A DNA stretch of 64,000 bases. Source: Bacteroidales bacterium. Its GTDB lineage: Bacteria > Bacteroidota > Bacteroidia > Bacteroidales > GCA-2711565. A program made the translations under genes and the position numbers. The stretch spans positions 3,505,495-3,569,494 of the forward strand of contig OY787449.1 in the NCBI GenBank assembly GCA_963678785.1, given 5' to 3'. This document shows positions 48,062 to 57,989 of this stretch, one piece after another. Below the pieces are notes generated by a model. That model was not told the origin of the DNA and did not search any database. It saw only the letters and a program-made list of their open reading frames with translations. Every line of letters begins with the position of its first letter. Positions within the stretch are counted from its first letter, which is position 1.

Positions 48062-50119
48062 TTAGAGTTTGAATATTGAGTCATCAATGCCTTTATTGAT
48101 TTCAATTGAGCTTGTAATTACATCAAAAGATTGTGGACCAACAGTCTGGTTCATCATAAATGGAAATAAAACACCTTCGACCTCTCTGTAATCGGAATAG
48201 GTAGTAGCAATGCTCATTTGACCTTGTTGTGCTACAGATTTCAATTTTAGTCCTGTTTTTTGATCATAATAATCTGTTGATACTTTGCCGGCAGGAGTAG
48301 TAACCATTACCTTCCAGGCAGATTTACCATCTACTTTATCCGCACCTTTTAATTCAAGGGTTACACCCATTTCTTTTAAAAATAATTCGGCATGCATGGT
48401 CGATTGAATTTTCATATCTTCTAAATCAGAACCTGTCAGCTCCTGATTTCCCATCGGGCTTTTTACGGCTGCTTTTTCACCATCAAAAACTTGTTTCGAC
48501 ATCACATTTCCGCCCATTAAAGTTTCAACTGACATTTTGTTAGGTGCTTTATGTTTTACATTAATCTCGAAATTCATTCCTTGCATCGACATTCCTGATT
48601 TCATGGAAATATCTTTAATGGCCAAAAGTTTTTCTTTCCCTCCGATAGCTTCTACGTATTTTGCAATGACTTCTTCTGCGGTTAAATCCAATGGAGTTTC
48701 CATGGCTTTAACAGCATTTCCATAATAATCAAATTGTTCAACTTTACCGTCTTTTGCAAACCTTGCCATCGTTTTAACAAGTTCATCGGCATTGCCAACG
48801 GCTATTACATTTGCGTTTTCAGGTTTTAAATATTTAACTGCCATTTCCTGAATGTCAGCTATTGAAACCTTGCTTAATTTTTCAAGGTAAGTGGCATAAT
48901 AATCTTTGGGTAAATTATAACGTTCTATATTTAAAGCAAAACGTGCAATGGTAGAAGGGCTTTCAAGAGATCGGGCAAAAGAACCATTCATTTTACTTTT
49001 AATTTTTTCAAGTTCTTCAGATCCAACTGCTTCTTCAGTCATCCTTTTAATTTCATAAAGTAGCTCATACATGGCACTGTCGGTTGCTTCACCTTTTACT
49101 TCGGCAGATGCAGTAAACGAACCCACCAGCTTATCAGTGCTCAATGAAGAATATCCACCATAAGTGTATGCTTTGTCTTCTCTTAAGTTGGCATTGATGC
49201 GGGTAGAAGTTCCACCACCACCCAAAATGGTATTTAAAACACTACCTTTAATGGCATCTGCATTTCCTGGTTTATAATCCAAAGGATAACTAACCATGAT
49301 TAAAGATTGAACTGCTCCATCACGGTTTCCTACTACAACACGTGGACTTTTATTAATTTGAGGGAAATCATATTGATGGGTGGGAACATTTCCTTTTTCC
49401 CATTTTCCAAAATATTTACTTGCTTGTGCTTTTGCTTCTTTCAAATCGATATCACCTACTATGATTAAATAAGCAGCATTGGGTTTGAAAAAATTATTAT
49501 AATAATCTTTGCATAAATCAATGCTAATATTTTCGATGCTTTCTTCCGAAAGGATGTCTCCGTAAGGATGATCTTTACCATAAGTTATGGCTGCGTTAAT
49601 GTTGCTGGCAATGGCACTTGCTTGATTTTTACCGGCCTGAATGCCAGACATGTTTTGTTTTTTTAGCTTGTCTAATTCTTCGGTTGGAAATGAAGGGTTG
49701 AATAAAACATCAGCCATTAACTCTAAAAATTCAGTACTGTGTTTTGTTAAAACAGAGCCGCTTATTCCTGTTGAATAAGTATTTAATGAAGCTCCAATAA
49801 AATCAATGGCCTCATCAATTTCGGCTTTGGTTTTTGTTGTTGTTCCGGCCCTTAATAAATCGCCGGTCATTGAAACATAACCCGAATTTTTTCCTTCAAA
49901 TACAGGATCGATATCTAAACTTAACTGGTAAGTAATTTTAGGAATTTTATGATTTTCAACAACAATAACTTTTAGCCCATTATCCAAGGTGAATAATTCA
50001 TAATCTCCCAATTGGATTTTTGGGGCTGGTCCCGGCTGTGGTCGAATGCTTCTGTCGAGTTGTGCATTTACAGAAATAGCCAAGAATAAGATGAATGCGG
50101 TATAAAGTATTTTTTTCAT
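48062..50119 (-). CDS. M16 family peptidase, non-catalytic-type subunit with a C-terminal extension
   Basis: 685 aa with a signal peptide. It has insulinase-like domain order but no HxxEH motif, and is paired with the upstream catalytic M16 gene. Confidence 0.7.
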   Translation of the reverse strand: MKKILYTAFILFLAISVNAQLDRSIRPQPGPAPKIQLGDYELFTLDNGLKVIVVENHKIPKITYQLSLDIDPVFEGKNSGYVSMTGDLLRAGTTTKTKAEIDEAIDFIGASLNTYSTGISGSVLTKHSTEFLELMADVLFNPSFPTEELDKLKKQNMSGIQAGKNQASAIASNINAAITYGKDHPYGDILSEESIENISIDLCKDYYNNFFKPNAAYLIIVGDIDLKEAKAQASKYFGKWEKGNVPTHQYDFPQINKSPRVVVGNRDGAVQSLIMVSYPLDYKPGNADAIKGSVLNTILGGGGTSTRINANLREDKAYTYGGYSSLSTDKLVGSFTASAEVKGEATDSAMYELLYEIKRMTEEAVGSEELEKIKSKMNGSFARSLESPSTIARFALNIERYNLPKDYYATYLEKLSKVSIADIQEMAVKYLKPENANVIAVGNADELVKTMARFAKDGKVEQFDYYGNAVKAMETPLDLTAEEVIAKYVEAIGGKEKLLAIKDISMKSGMSMQGMNFEINVKHKAPNKMSVETLMGGNVMSKQVFDGEKAAVKSPMGNQELTGSDLEDMKIQSTMHAELFLKEMGVTLELKGADKVDGKSAWKVMVTTPAGKVSTDYYDQKTGLKLKSVAQQGQMSIATTYSDYREVEGVLFPFMMNQTVGPQSFDVITSSIEINKGIDDSIFKL

Positions 50120-50139
50120 GATTATTTTCTTTAAAAGGA

Positions 50140-51465
50140 TTAATTATTTGATGGGTTTGGCAAGTAGTATAAAACCACACGGTTGTCTTCTCTGAAGTAT
50201 TCATTGGCAACACGTTTAAGATCTTCTTGCGTTACTGCTAAATATTTATTCAGGTCTGAATTAATCCTGTTGGCATCTTTAAAATAGGTGTAATTACGCG
50301 CCAGCGTATTTGCCCTGTTTGCTATTGTTGCATTTTGTGAAATGATTTGATTTTCAATTTGATTTCTTAATTTCTGAAATTCTTTATCAGGAATGAGTTC
50401 ATTTTGAACTTTCATAATTTCTTTGTTCATTGCAGCTTCAACATCAGCACAATCAAGTCCCATATTTGGAATTGCCAAAGCAATTGAAAGTCCTGGATCT
50501 TCGAATGGGAGGGGAATGGCAGCAACCTGAATTGCCAATTGCTGCTCATCAACAAGTGCCTTATATAATCTAGAACTTTGTCCGGTAGCCAAAAGTTGAT
50601 TTAACATCTCAACAGCATAATAATCTTCAGTACCCATTGCAGGGATGTGATAAGCTTGAAAAATTGCAGGTAATTGAATGTTATCATAAATGGTATCTCT
50701 TACTTCAGCATATTTAATGTCTTCAACAACCGTTGGACGATAAATCTCTCCTTCTTTTTTAGGAATGTCTGCGAAATATTTCTTTACCAGTTTTTTAACT
50801 TCTTTATATTTAACATCACCGGCTAATACTAAAACTGCATTGTTTGGAACGTAAAATTCATCGTAAAACGCTTTAAATTCCTCATCTTTAGCTGCTCTGA
50901 TGTGGTCAGCGTCTCCAATTACGGTCCAGTTATAAGGATGTTTTGTAAATCCATGGCTTAGTAATTCCTGAAGTAAGGTGCCGTAAGGTTGATTTTCAAC
51001 TGTTTGTTTTTTCTCTTCAATTACAACCCCTTTTTGTGTTGCAATTCCTATGGAGTCAACACGAGCATGAAGCATGCGCTCAGATTCTAACCATAGTCCA
51101 AGTTCAAGTTGGTTGGATGGAAGGATTTCATAATAGTAAGTTCTGTCGTTGCTGGTATTGGCATTGAGGGTTCCTCCAGCACCTTCTACGATTTTATCAT
51201 ATTCAAATCGTTCAATGTTTTTTGTTCCTTCAAACATCAGATGCTCAAAAAAGTGAGCAAATCCGGTTCTGTCTGGTTGTTCGTTCTTTGAGCCTACATG
51301 GTACATCACTGATACCGCTACAATTGGCACAGAATGATCTTCATGCACAATTACATGTAAGCCATTGGGGAGATTAAACTCCTTAAACTCTATTTTAGCC
51401 GCCTGGGATGTATTTCCTAAACCAACTATAAAAAATACGATTGCTAAGATTGAAATTTTTTTCAT
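50140..51465 (-). CDS. M16 family zinc peptidase (insulinase/pitrilysin-like)
   Basis: 441 aa with a signal peptide and the inverted zinc motif HFFEHLMFEG (HxxEH). Confidence 0.85.
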   Translation of the reverse strand: MKKISILAIVFFIVGLGNTSQAAKIEFKEFNLPNGLHVIVHEDHSVPIVAVSVMYHVGSKNEQPDRTGFAHFFEHLMFEGTKNIERFEYDKIVEGAGGTLNANTSNDRTYYYEILPSNQLELGLWLESERMLHARVDSIGIATQKGVVIEEKKQTVENQPYGTLLQELLSHGFTKHPYNWTVIGDADHIRAAKDEEFKAFYDEFYVPNNAVLVLAGDVKYKEVKKLVKKYFADIPKKEGEIYRPTVVEDIKYAEVRDTIYDNIQLPAIFQAYHIPAMGTEDYYAVEMLNQLLATGQSSRLYKALVDEQQLAIQVAAIPLPFEDPGLSIALAIPNMGLDCADVEAAMNKEIMKVQNELIPDKEFQKLRNQIENQIISQNATIANRANTLARNYTYFKDANRINSDLNKYLAVTQEDLKRVANEYFREDNRVVLYYLPNPSNN

Positions 51466-51684
51466 TATTTTATTGTTAAAATTTTTAAGAATTTATATTT
51501 CAAGTAGTTCTCTTTTTTAAAAGGGGGAGAGATTACTAAACATGCTCGTATGCCTATTTTTATTACATACTATAGTTAAGCAAAGATAATTATATTTGGT
51601 CTAAATGCTAAAAATTTACACCTAATTCCATTAAATATTAAGAAAAGGATTTAGTCTGGTTTCAATCTGTTATATGAGTTTCTT

Positions 51685-53103
51685 TTATCTGGATTCTAAT
51701 TTTAACAGATCATCAATTTTACCAGCTTCGATATAACTCGCTCCATGATGAAAACCAAAATTACCTGCAATGATTACTACAATGTCGTCCACAGATAGCT
51801 TGTTTTCATTTATTAATTGCTGAAGTGCAGCTTGCAAAAAATCGTGAGAATTGGATTGACGTTCCATATACTGAGGGTAGGCTCCAAAAGTTAGAGCAAG
51901 TTCTCTCATGGTTTTTTTGTGATAACAAATGGCATAAATTGGTTTTTCGCCTCTATAGCCAGCCAAATTTCGTATGGTTCTTCCTGAAATGGTGTCGGCT
52001 ACTACCGCTGCTGCATCTAAATTGATAGAAGCCTCCACGCTCGCTTTTGTTAAAAATGCTGAAACATCACTGTGCAACACAGCAGGCTTGATGTTTAAGA
52101 ATTTGTCGTGGCTTTTCTCAACTTCAGCCGCAACCTTCGACATGGTTGCAATGGCCTCAACAGGATATTTCCCAAAAGCAGTTTCACCACTTAACATTAA
52201 AGCATCCGCTTGATTATAAACAGCGCCTGCAATATCGCTGACTTCCGCACGCGTAGGTCGTGGATTGTCAATCATTGAGTGCAACATTTGGGTTGCGATA
52301 ATGACCGGTTTTCTTCGGTTGATACAAGCCTCAATTAATTTTTTTTGTACTGCAGGTGTTTGTTCGTAAGGAATTTCAACACTCAAATCACCTCGAGCTA
52401 CCATAATTCCGTAAGCATGATCTAAAATTTCTTCGATGTTATTAACACCCTGTTGGTTTTCAATTTTTGCGATAATTTTAATTTTGCTTTCTGATTTGTC
52501 AAGAATTTTCTGAATCGCCAAAACATCCTCTTTATCACGAACAAAACTATGGGCAATAAATTCAATGTCCTGCTCGATTGCAAATTTTATAAAATCCCGA
52601 TCTTTATCATTAACCGATGGTAACTTAAAACTAGCCTGAGGAACATTTACACTCTTTCGGCTTTTTACCACTGAATTGGTTTGAAACCTGCATTTTAAAG
52701 AATCATTGTTTTTTTCAATAACCGTAAGAATGATGTAACCGTCATCAATTAAAATTTTACTTCCTTCTTTAACCTCATCCACAAAACCTGAATAGTTAAC
52801 ATAAAGGCATTCTGAATTACACTTTTTATTAGGATCTCCTTTGATGATTACTTCATCATTTGCTTTGAAGTTCAATCCTTTTCCACATTCTGTGGTTCGG
52901 ATTTCTGGTCCTTTTGTATCGATTAGTATGGCAATTTTTTCTGAAACTTCTCTCACCATATTTATGACCTTGAGTGCACCTTCAGTAGATTGATGTGCAG
53001 TATTTAAGCGAACAACATTTAATCCGTTTTCGTAAAGGTTTTTTAGAAAATCGGTGGTGCAATTTGCGTCTGAAATGGTGGCTACAATCTTGGTTTTTTT
53101 CAT
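51685..53103 (-). CDS. pyk: Pyruvate kinase
   Basis: The start is MKKTKIVATISD at 53103. Conserved motifs include NTAHQS, DTKGPEIRT, MVARGDLSVEIP and ATQMLHSM. Confidence 0.93.
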   Translation of the reverse strand: MKKTKIVATISDANCTTDFLKNLYENGLNVVRLNTAHQSTEGALKVINMVREVSEKIAILIDTKGPEIRTTECGKGLNFKANDEVIIKGDPNKKCNSECLYVNYSGFVDEVKEGSKILIDDGYIILTVIEKNNDSLKCRFQTNSVVKSRKSVNVPQASFKLPSVNDKDRDFIKFAIEQDIEFIAHSFVRDKEDVLAIQKILDKSESKIKIIAKIENQQGVNNIEEILDHAYGIMVARGDLSVEIPYEQTPAVQKKLIEACINRRKPVIIATQMLHSMIDNPRPTRAEVSDIAGAVYNQADALMLSGETAFGKYPVEAIATMSKVAAEVEKSHDKFLNIKPAVLHSDVSAFLTKASVEASINLDAAAVVADTISGRTIRNLAGYRGEKPIYAICYHKKTMRELALTFGAYPQYMERQSNSHDFLQAALQQLINENKLSVDDIVVIIAGNFGFHHGASYIEAGKIDDLLKLESR

Positions 53104-53259
53104 GCTGATTATTTTGTGCAAAGGTAAGTCAATTGCTCTTCAGAATAAATTAAGAAATTAATAATTATTAAGAATTGCTTAATTAATTTGTAATCAAAGA
53201 TTTGCTTTTTGATATGATTGTTGTATATTTACAACAATAAAATGTATAAGTTATATTAT

Positions 53260-53532
53260 ATGGTTAAAAAATTATATAATCGGATTTCAATATTAAGGTT
53301 AGAAAGAAATGTGTCAAGAAAGGACCTTGCTGCAGAAATCGGCGTAAATTTTCAAACCATAGGCTATTTGGAAAGGGAAGAATACAATCCAAGTTTGGAA
53401 TTGGCTTTTAGGTTGAGTACCTATTTTGAATTGCCCATTGAATTGATATTTTCGCAAAAACCCATGAAGCCATTAAGTCAAGAATTGTATCAATTGAAAA
53501 AAGAAAGGAGTAGCTCAGATGAATCAAAATGA
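53260..53532 (+). CDS. XRE-family HTH transcriptional regulator (YozG-like)
   Basis: The start is probably the ATG at 53260 (MVKKLYNRISILRLERNVSRKDLAAEIGVNFQTIGYLEREEYNPSLELAFRLS). Confidence 0.8.
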   Translation: MVKKLYNRISILRLERNVSRKDLAAEIGVNFQTIGYLEREEYNPSLELAFRLSTYFELPIELIFSQKPMKPLSQELYQLKKERSSSDESK

Positions 53533-53938
53533 TTTGAAGTATTTAAGAATTTGGATTGTTGTCAATTATATCAGTTTACTCTCATTGATTCCTATCTATT
53601 GGTATTTAAAAATTTCAGTTGAAAATGAAGGCAGATTTGTGATCCTGGTTTTGCCGGTAACTGTGCTTATGATCAGTTACTATTTTGCATTTGTAAGAAC
53701 AAAGCTGTGGAAATTCACCCATACTTCGATATCGGGATTGGATGAGCGAGAGGTGCAGGTTTTATACAAATCATTAAGAACGTCTTATACGATATTTGTA
53801 ATTTTTACAGTAGCTGTTTTATATTTCATGTCGGTTACAGGCTTAAATCAAATTAATGTAATGATTGCATCCGGACTTTTGTATTTTGCCCACATTCTTC
53901 CATCTTCTGTTTTGGGATGGAAAAAAATAATAATTTGA
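53519..53938 (+). CDS. Small 4-TM membrane protein, translationally coupled to the HTH regulator
   Basis: 139 aa, overlapping the upstream stop by 14 nt. Confidence 0.5.
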   Translation: MNQNDLKYLRIWIVVNYISLLSLIPIYWYLKISVENEGRFVILVLPVTVLMISYYFAFVRTKLWKFTHTSISGLDEREVQVLYKSLRTSYTIFVIFTVAVLYFMSVTGLNQINVMIASGLLYFAHILPSSVLGWKKIII

Positions 53939-53951
53939 TCATTCAATAAGT

Positions 53952-55004
53952 TTATCTCGACAATTCATCAAGGAAGACTTTAATTTTTGATGCAGCTTTT
54001 TCACCATGTCTTTTGTCAAAATCATCAAACATGATTTTATTGTACTTCTGTCGCTGATATGATTTTTCAAAAGGATTAGCTAAAGCATATTCAATGGTTT
54101 TCCGTAGTTCGCTATAATTGTCAATTTGATAAGTTACCTCTTTGATTAAGCGAACAATATTGGGGGTTAATCTTTTTGATTCTCTAACCGAAAAACTCAC
54201 CATAGGTTTGTCCAAACTGCAAAATTCAGCAATGATTGAACTGGTGTCACAAACCATTAAATCTGCTAATTTCAAATAAAGATAGTTTTTTGCATCTTCA
54301 ATAAAGTGGATGCCCGGAGTCTCTTTAATGATTTCTTTATACTTTTTTCCAGTGAAAGGATGCAATGTTACCATTACATTAAAATCATTGGTTAAATCAC
54401 TTAACTTATTGTACCAATGACCTAAAGCCGACATTCCGGAATTTTCCCAGGTGGCAGAAAAAAGAATGTTTGGCTTACCATTATTAAAACGTAAATTTTG
54501 TTTTAAGTTTTTTACTTTTTCTTCTGTGTCGTTAAACCAAAACGAATCCAACTTAGGATAACCGCCACTTTGTCCACAGGTAATTCCTCTTTCTTCAGCT
54601 TCTTTTACCTCATACTCTGAAGTGAAAAGAAAAAGATCAAATACATTGTATTTTTTTGAACTGATAAAATCTTTGAAGTGATAGGCTCCGTGGTTAAGAC
54701 CAAGTTTTAGTATCCGGCCACTGGGAAATTTATGAAATGCATGTCGAGCCATAATTACTGCATCCGGAAATACAGGCCACAGAATTGATTCTACTCCATA
54801 TTTTTTCAACTCATCTTGTACTTTTTTGTTCTTTGCTACGATATCAATTTTTGGCAAATAAGATCTAACATTTTCAAAGATGACATAGTCTAATGCACAA
54901 TCACAATAAAAAATAGTTTGCTTTTCTTTCCTGATTGCTCTTTTAATTTGCCAAACAGCACTGTAGGGAATGGTCAATAAGTAATAGGATAAAGGGAAAA
55001 GCAT
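53952..55004 (-). CDS. CDP-glycerol glycerophosphotransferase (TagF-like) family protein
   Basis: 350 aa. The pattern ILFSATWENS...VTLHPFTGK...LADLMVCDTSSIIAEFCSLDKPMVSF resembles the TagF catalytic core. Confidence 0.55.
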   Translation of the reverse strand: MLFPLSYYLLTIPYSAVWQIKRAIRKEKQTIFYCDCALDYVIFENVRSYLPKIDIVAKNKKVQDELKKYGVESILWPVFPDAVIMARHAFHKFPSGRILKLGLNHGAYHFKDFISSKKYNVFDLFLFTSEYEVKEAEERGITCGQSGGYPKLDSFWFNDTEEKVKNLKQNLRFNNGKPNILFSATWENSGMSALGHWYNKLSDLTNDFNVMVTLHPFTGKKYKEIIKETPGIHFIEDAKNYLYLKLADLMVCDTSSIIAEFCSLDKPMVSFSVRESKRLTPNIVRLIKEVTYQIDNYSELRKTIEYALANPFEKSYQRQKYNKIMFDDFDKRHGEKAASKIKVFLDELSR

Positions 55005-55973
55005 TTACTTTAATGTTTTAAAATGAATTTCAATTTTATTATAAACGTTTATGGGTAAGATTTCTTGCATACACTGATGATGATTTAAGGGGCATTTTTT
55101 CCCTCCATGTTTTGCACATGGTCTGCATTCGAGATCTATCTCTAATATTTGATCATTTTTTCGATAAGGATAACATCCAAACTTCTTCACGGTTGGTCCG
55201 AAAAAAGCAAAGACATCAGTTCTTACCGCATTGGCCATATGCAAGGGGGCGCTGTCGTTACAAATCAATAAATCCATTTCTTTAATTAATGCACAGGATT
55301 CGAGTATTGAAATTTTGCCCGCACAATTTATAATGTCAGGATGATCAACCTCTTCTATAAGTCTTTGGCATATTTTGAAATCATCGGCACCTCCGATTAA
55401 GAAAACAGAATAATTGGCGCATCTTTGAATGAGTTCTTTAAAATATTTTTCTGGCCATTTTTTTGTTTCCCAAACTGAACCCGGAGCTATGGCAATTTTA
55501 ATTTGTCGTTCATCTTTAACAATGGATTTCGCCTTTTGAATATCGTCATCATTACAATACACCCTTGTTTCATTGTCAAGTTTCTTATTAGTGAAATCTT
55601 TTAACAAAAGAAGTACGCGATCCCGAATATGAAGCTTGCGATCTACCTCAATCTTTTTAGTTAATAGCTTCTGTTTATTGTATCCAATTCTGTTTTTAAT
55701 CCCGGCCAAGTACATGATAAGGCTGGATGTAAATGAAGATTGGATAGAAAAAGCAGCATCATACTCGTTCTGTCGAAGCTTAAATATTAAGGGCAGAATA
55801 CTTTTGTACTTATTGAACTGCTTTCTTTTGTCAAACTTATAAATGAAATTAATATTGGGATTGTTTTTAAGTACTGAAGCAGTTTCCGGAATGGCAAGAA
55901 CATCTACCATTGCTTCTGGCCAAATTTGCTTTATGGCTTTAAAAATAGGAGTACTCATAATTACATCACCCAA
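55005..55973 (-). CDS. Glycosyltransferase family 9 (heptosyltransferase-like); N-terminus probably extends to about 56006
   Basis: 322 aa in the track, beginning at a TTG inside the conserved GT9 N-terminal motif (…AFLGDVIMSTP). The frame stays open upstream and reads I-K-K-I-L-V-I-Q-T-A-F before it. Confidence 0.75.
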   Translation of the reverse strand: MGDVIMSTPIFKAIKQIWPEAMVDVLAIPETASVLKNNPNINFIYKFDKRKQFNKYKSILPLIFKLRQNEYDAAFSIQSSFTSSLIMYLAGIKNRIGYNKQKLLTKKIEVDRKLHIRDRVLLLLKDFTNKKLDNETRVYCNDDDIQKAKSIVKDERQIKIAIAPGSVWETKKWPEKYFKELIQRCANYSVFLIGGADDFKICQRLIEEVDHPDIINCAGKISILESCALIKEMDLLICNDSAPLHMANAVRTDVFAFFGPTVKKFGCYPYRKNDQILEIDLECRPCAKHGGKKCPLNHHQCMQEILPINVYNKIEIHFKTLK

Positions 55974-56281
55974 AAAAGCAGTTTGGATGACCAGTATTTT
56001 TTTAATATCGTTATTCGTATTTCTGATGTGATTTAAATTTATAAACCTGTCGGTTTTTGATGCATAAATTTTAAGGCTAAATTAAATCAAAATTGCATTC
56101 GGCATATCATAAATTAATAAATCTTATACAAGCCTGAATGTTTCAATAAAATAATAAGCCGGGATTTGTTGCTGAAATCAAATGAATGAGCACGATAGAT
56201 GCAAAGAACAAACATCTGAAGAATTATGCAAGAAAAATCTTGGAGTCTTTAGTATTAAAAGATAAGAACTAAAATACTTCG

Positions 56282-56731
56282 TTAGTTAAATTTATTGGCA
56301 ATGATGGTATGCATGACCAGTTCGGAGCTGCTTTGAACTTTCCCACCACCCAGCTGCCAAACCATTTCGATATTATAGGCGTGACAAAATCCTTTTTCGG
56401 GCGTATTGTCTTCATTTCGTCCTCCTCCATTTCCAAAAGCGATACAACATTCGGGGTATAACCTTTGTACCCTTGATAAAAGATCGAGTGCAGTTCCGTC
56501 TGCATCACTAAATTGCATCACCTGATCAACATTTCGAAAGGCAGAAATGACCTCAGCTCTTTCGGCATAATTCATAAAGCATTTTTCTTTTTTACTAACT
56601 AGCCAGGCATCAGAGTTTAGTCCAACAATAACTTTATGCGCCATATTTTTGGCGGCTTTAAACATTCTGATATGTCCTTTGTGAACAGGATCAAATCCTC
56701 CTGATAGGATCATAATATCATATTTTTTCAT
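56282..56731 (-). CDS. Cytidylyl-/adenylyltransferase family protein (HxGH nucleotidyltransferase)
   Basis: 149 aa. The N-terminal ILSGGFDPVHKGHIRMF carries the H-x-G-H signature of the family that includes glycerol-3-phosphate cytidylyltransferase and heptose-1-P adenylyltransferase. Confidence 0.75.
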   Translation of the reverse strand: MKKYDIMILSGGFDPVHKGHIRMFKAAKNMAHKVIVGLNSDAWLVSKKEKCFMNYAERAEVISAFRNVDQVMQFSDADGTALDLLSRVQRLYPECCIAFGNGGGRNEDNTPEKGFCHAYNIEMVWQLGGGKVQSSSELVMHTIIANKFN

Positions 56732-57012
56732 AGGTGGTTGGCTTATGGGATTAAACGATATTTTAAAATATTATGATTTTTAACATAAGTAGTAAATGTA
56801 ATCGAAAAACTGGCAAGATAAAATGGACCGATTCAATTAGTTTTTAACCGAGTAACTAACAATTTTTGTTGTAATTATTATCTGATCTGAAATCTCATTT
56901 TGTTGTTTTATGAAATTTTTAAGATACTTTTTTGATTCTTCATTTTCGCTTCATGATTACTATTTAAACTTGCAGAAAACATATAAAAAATTACATAACT
57001 AAATAGATAGAC

Positions 57013-57855
57013 ATGAAAAATTTAAAGACATTATTTGCAATTACAATAATCGCGACCAGCTTTACAATGGTAAGTTGTTCAAAAGAAAATGACGCTATTA
57101 ATACCGATGAACTGAGTTCAAGTTCTGAGTCTTTTTTGAAAGCTTCGGATTTCGGTTATAATCTGAGTTCTCAGGATTCGTTGTGTATTAATGATTTCGC
57201 ATTAGAAGATTTAAATGAAGTGGAAACTGGGGCTTTATTGCAAATGAGAGAAGAAGAATTAATGGCACAGGATATTTATATTCAATTATACGAATTGTAC
57301 GAATATCGGGTGTTTGATCGTATTGCAAAAAGTGAAGGAGCTCATGCAGCAGCCGTAAAATCATTATTGGATCGTTACGAAATTGCTGATCCTGCATTAA
57401 ATCACCAAACAGGTGTATATAGCAGTTCAGCTATCCAGACCCTCTACGATCAATTAATGGGTGATGCAATGACTTCAGGTTTAGATGCATTATTGGTTGG
57501 TGCAACCATCGAAGATGTTGATATTTTTGATTTAAAATCTTTACTTACAAATGGTGTTGATAATGAGGATATTACTTTTGTTTTTGGAAATTTACTGAAA
57601 GGATCTGAAAATCATTTAAGAGCTTTTGTTAGAGCACTTACTTCTCAGGATGCAACTTATACTCCGCAATATATTAGTCAAGAATACTTTGATTTAATAA
57701 TGAGTACTTCTGGAAATGGAAAAAGACTCGGTAATGGAGGAGCAAATGGTAATGGACAAGGAAACGGACAAGGCAATGGCAACGGACAAGGACAGGGACA
57801 AGGACAGGGTCAAGGAAATGGTAATGGTCAGGGTAGTGGCAATGGTCAAGGTTAA
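57013..57855 (+). CDS. DUF2202 (ferritin-like) lipoprotein with a Gly/Asn/Gln repeat tail
   Basis: It has lipobox FTMVSC and a ferritin-like core (LLQMREEELMAQDIYIQLYELY...SEGAHAAAVKSLLDRY). The C-terminus is GNGGANGNGQGNGQGNGNGQGQGQGQGQGNGNGQGSGNGQG. Confidence 0.65.
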   Translation: MKNLKTLFAITIIATSFTMVSCSKENDAINTDELSSSSESFLKASDFGYNLSSQDSLCINDFALEDLNEVETGALLQMREEELMAQDIYIQLYELYEYRVFDRIAKSEGAHAAAVKSLLDRYEIADPALNHQTGVYSSSAIQTLYDQLMGDAMTSGLDALLVGATIEDVDIFDLKSLLTNGVDNEDITFVFGNLLKGSENHLRAFVRALTSQDATYTPQYISQEYFDLIMSTSGNGKRLGNGGANGNGQGNGQGNGNGQGQGQGQGQGNGNGQGSGNGQG

Positions 57856-57882
57856 TCATTAAAAAAAATGGATTAGATAATT

Positions 57883-57914
57883 AAGCCTGCTGATTTTTCA
57901 GTAGGCTTTTTTTG
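57883..57914 (+). terminator. Rho-independent terminator after the DUF2202 gene
   Basis: The stem is AAGCCTGCTG (57883-57892) / CAGTAGGCTT (57899-57908) with one G-U pair, followed by a T-run. Confidence 0.75.
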
Positions 57915-57989
57915 TTTAAAGATGGTTTAAGATTATGAATAATTATTTAAGTGCACGAATTTTTCAATAAGTAAAGACTGTTCTTTGGG

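Noticed and set aside
56269-56508. A 79-aa ORF overlaps the cytidylyltransferase gene on the same strand in another frame.
   Set aside because: It lies almost entirely within the well-supported 56282-56731 ORF (only its last 13 nt extend past that stop) and has no motif.
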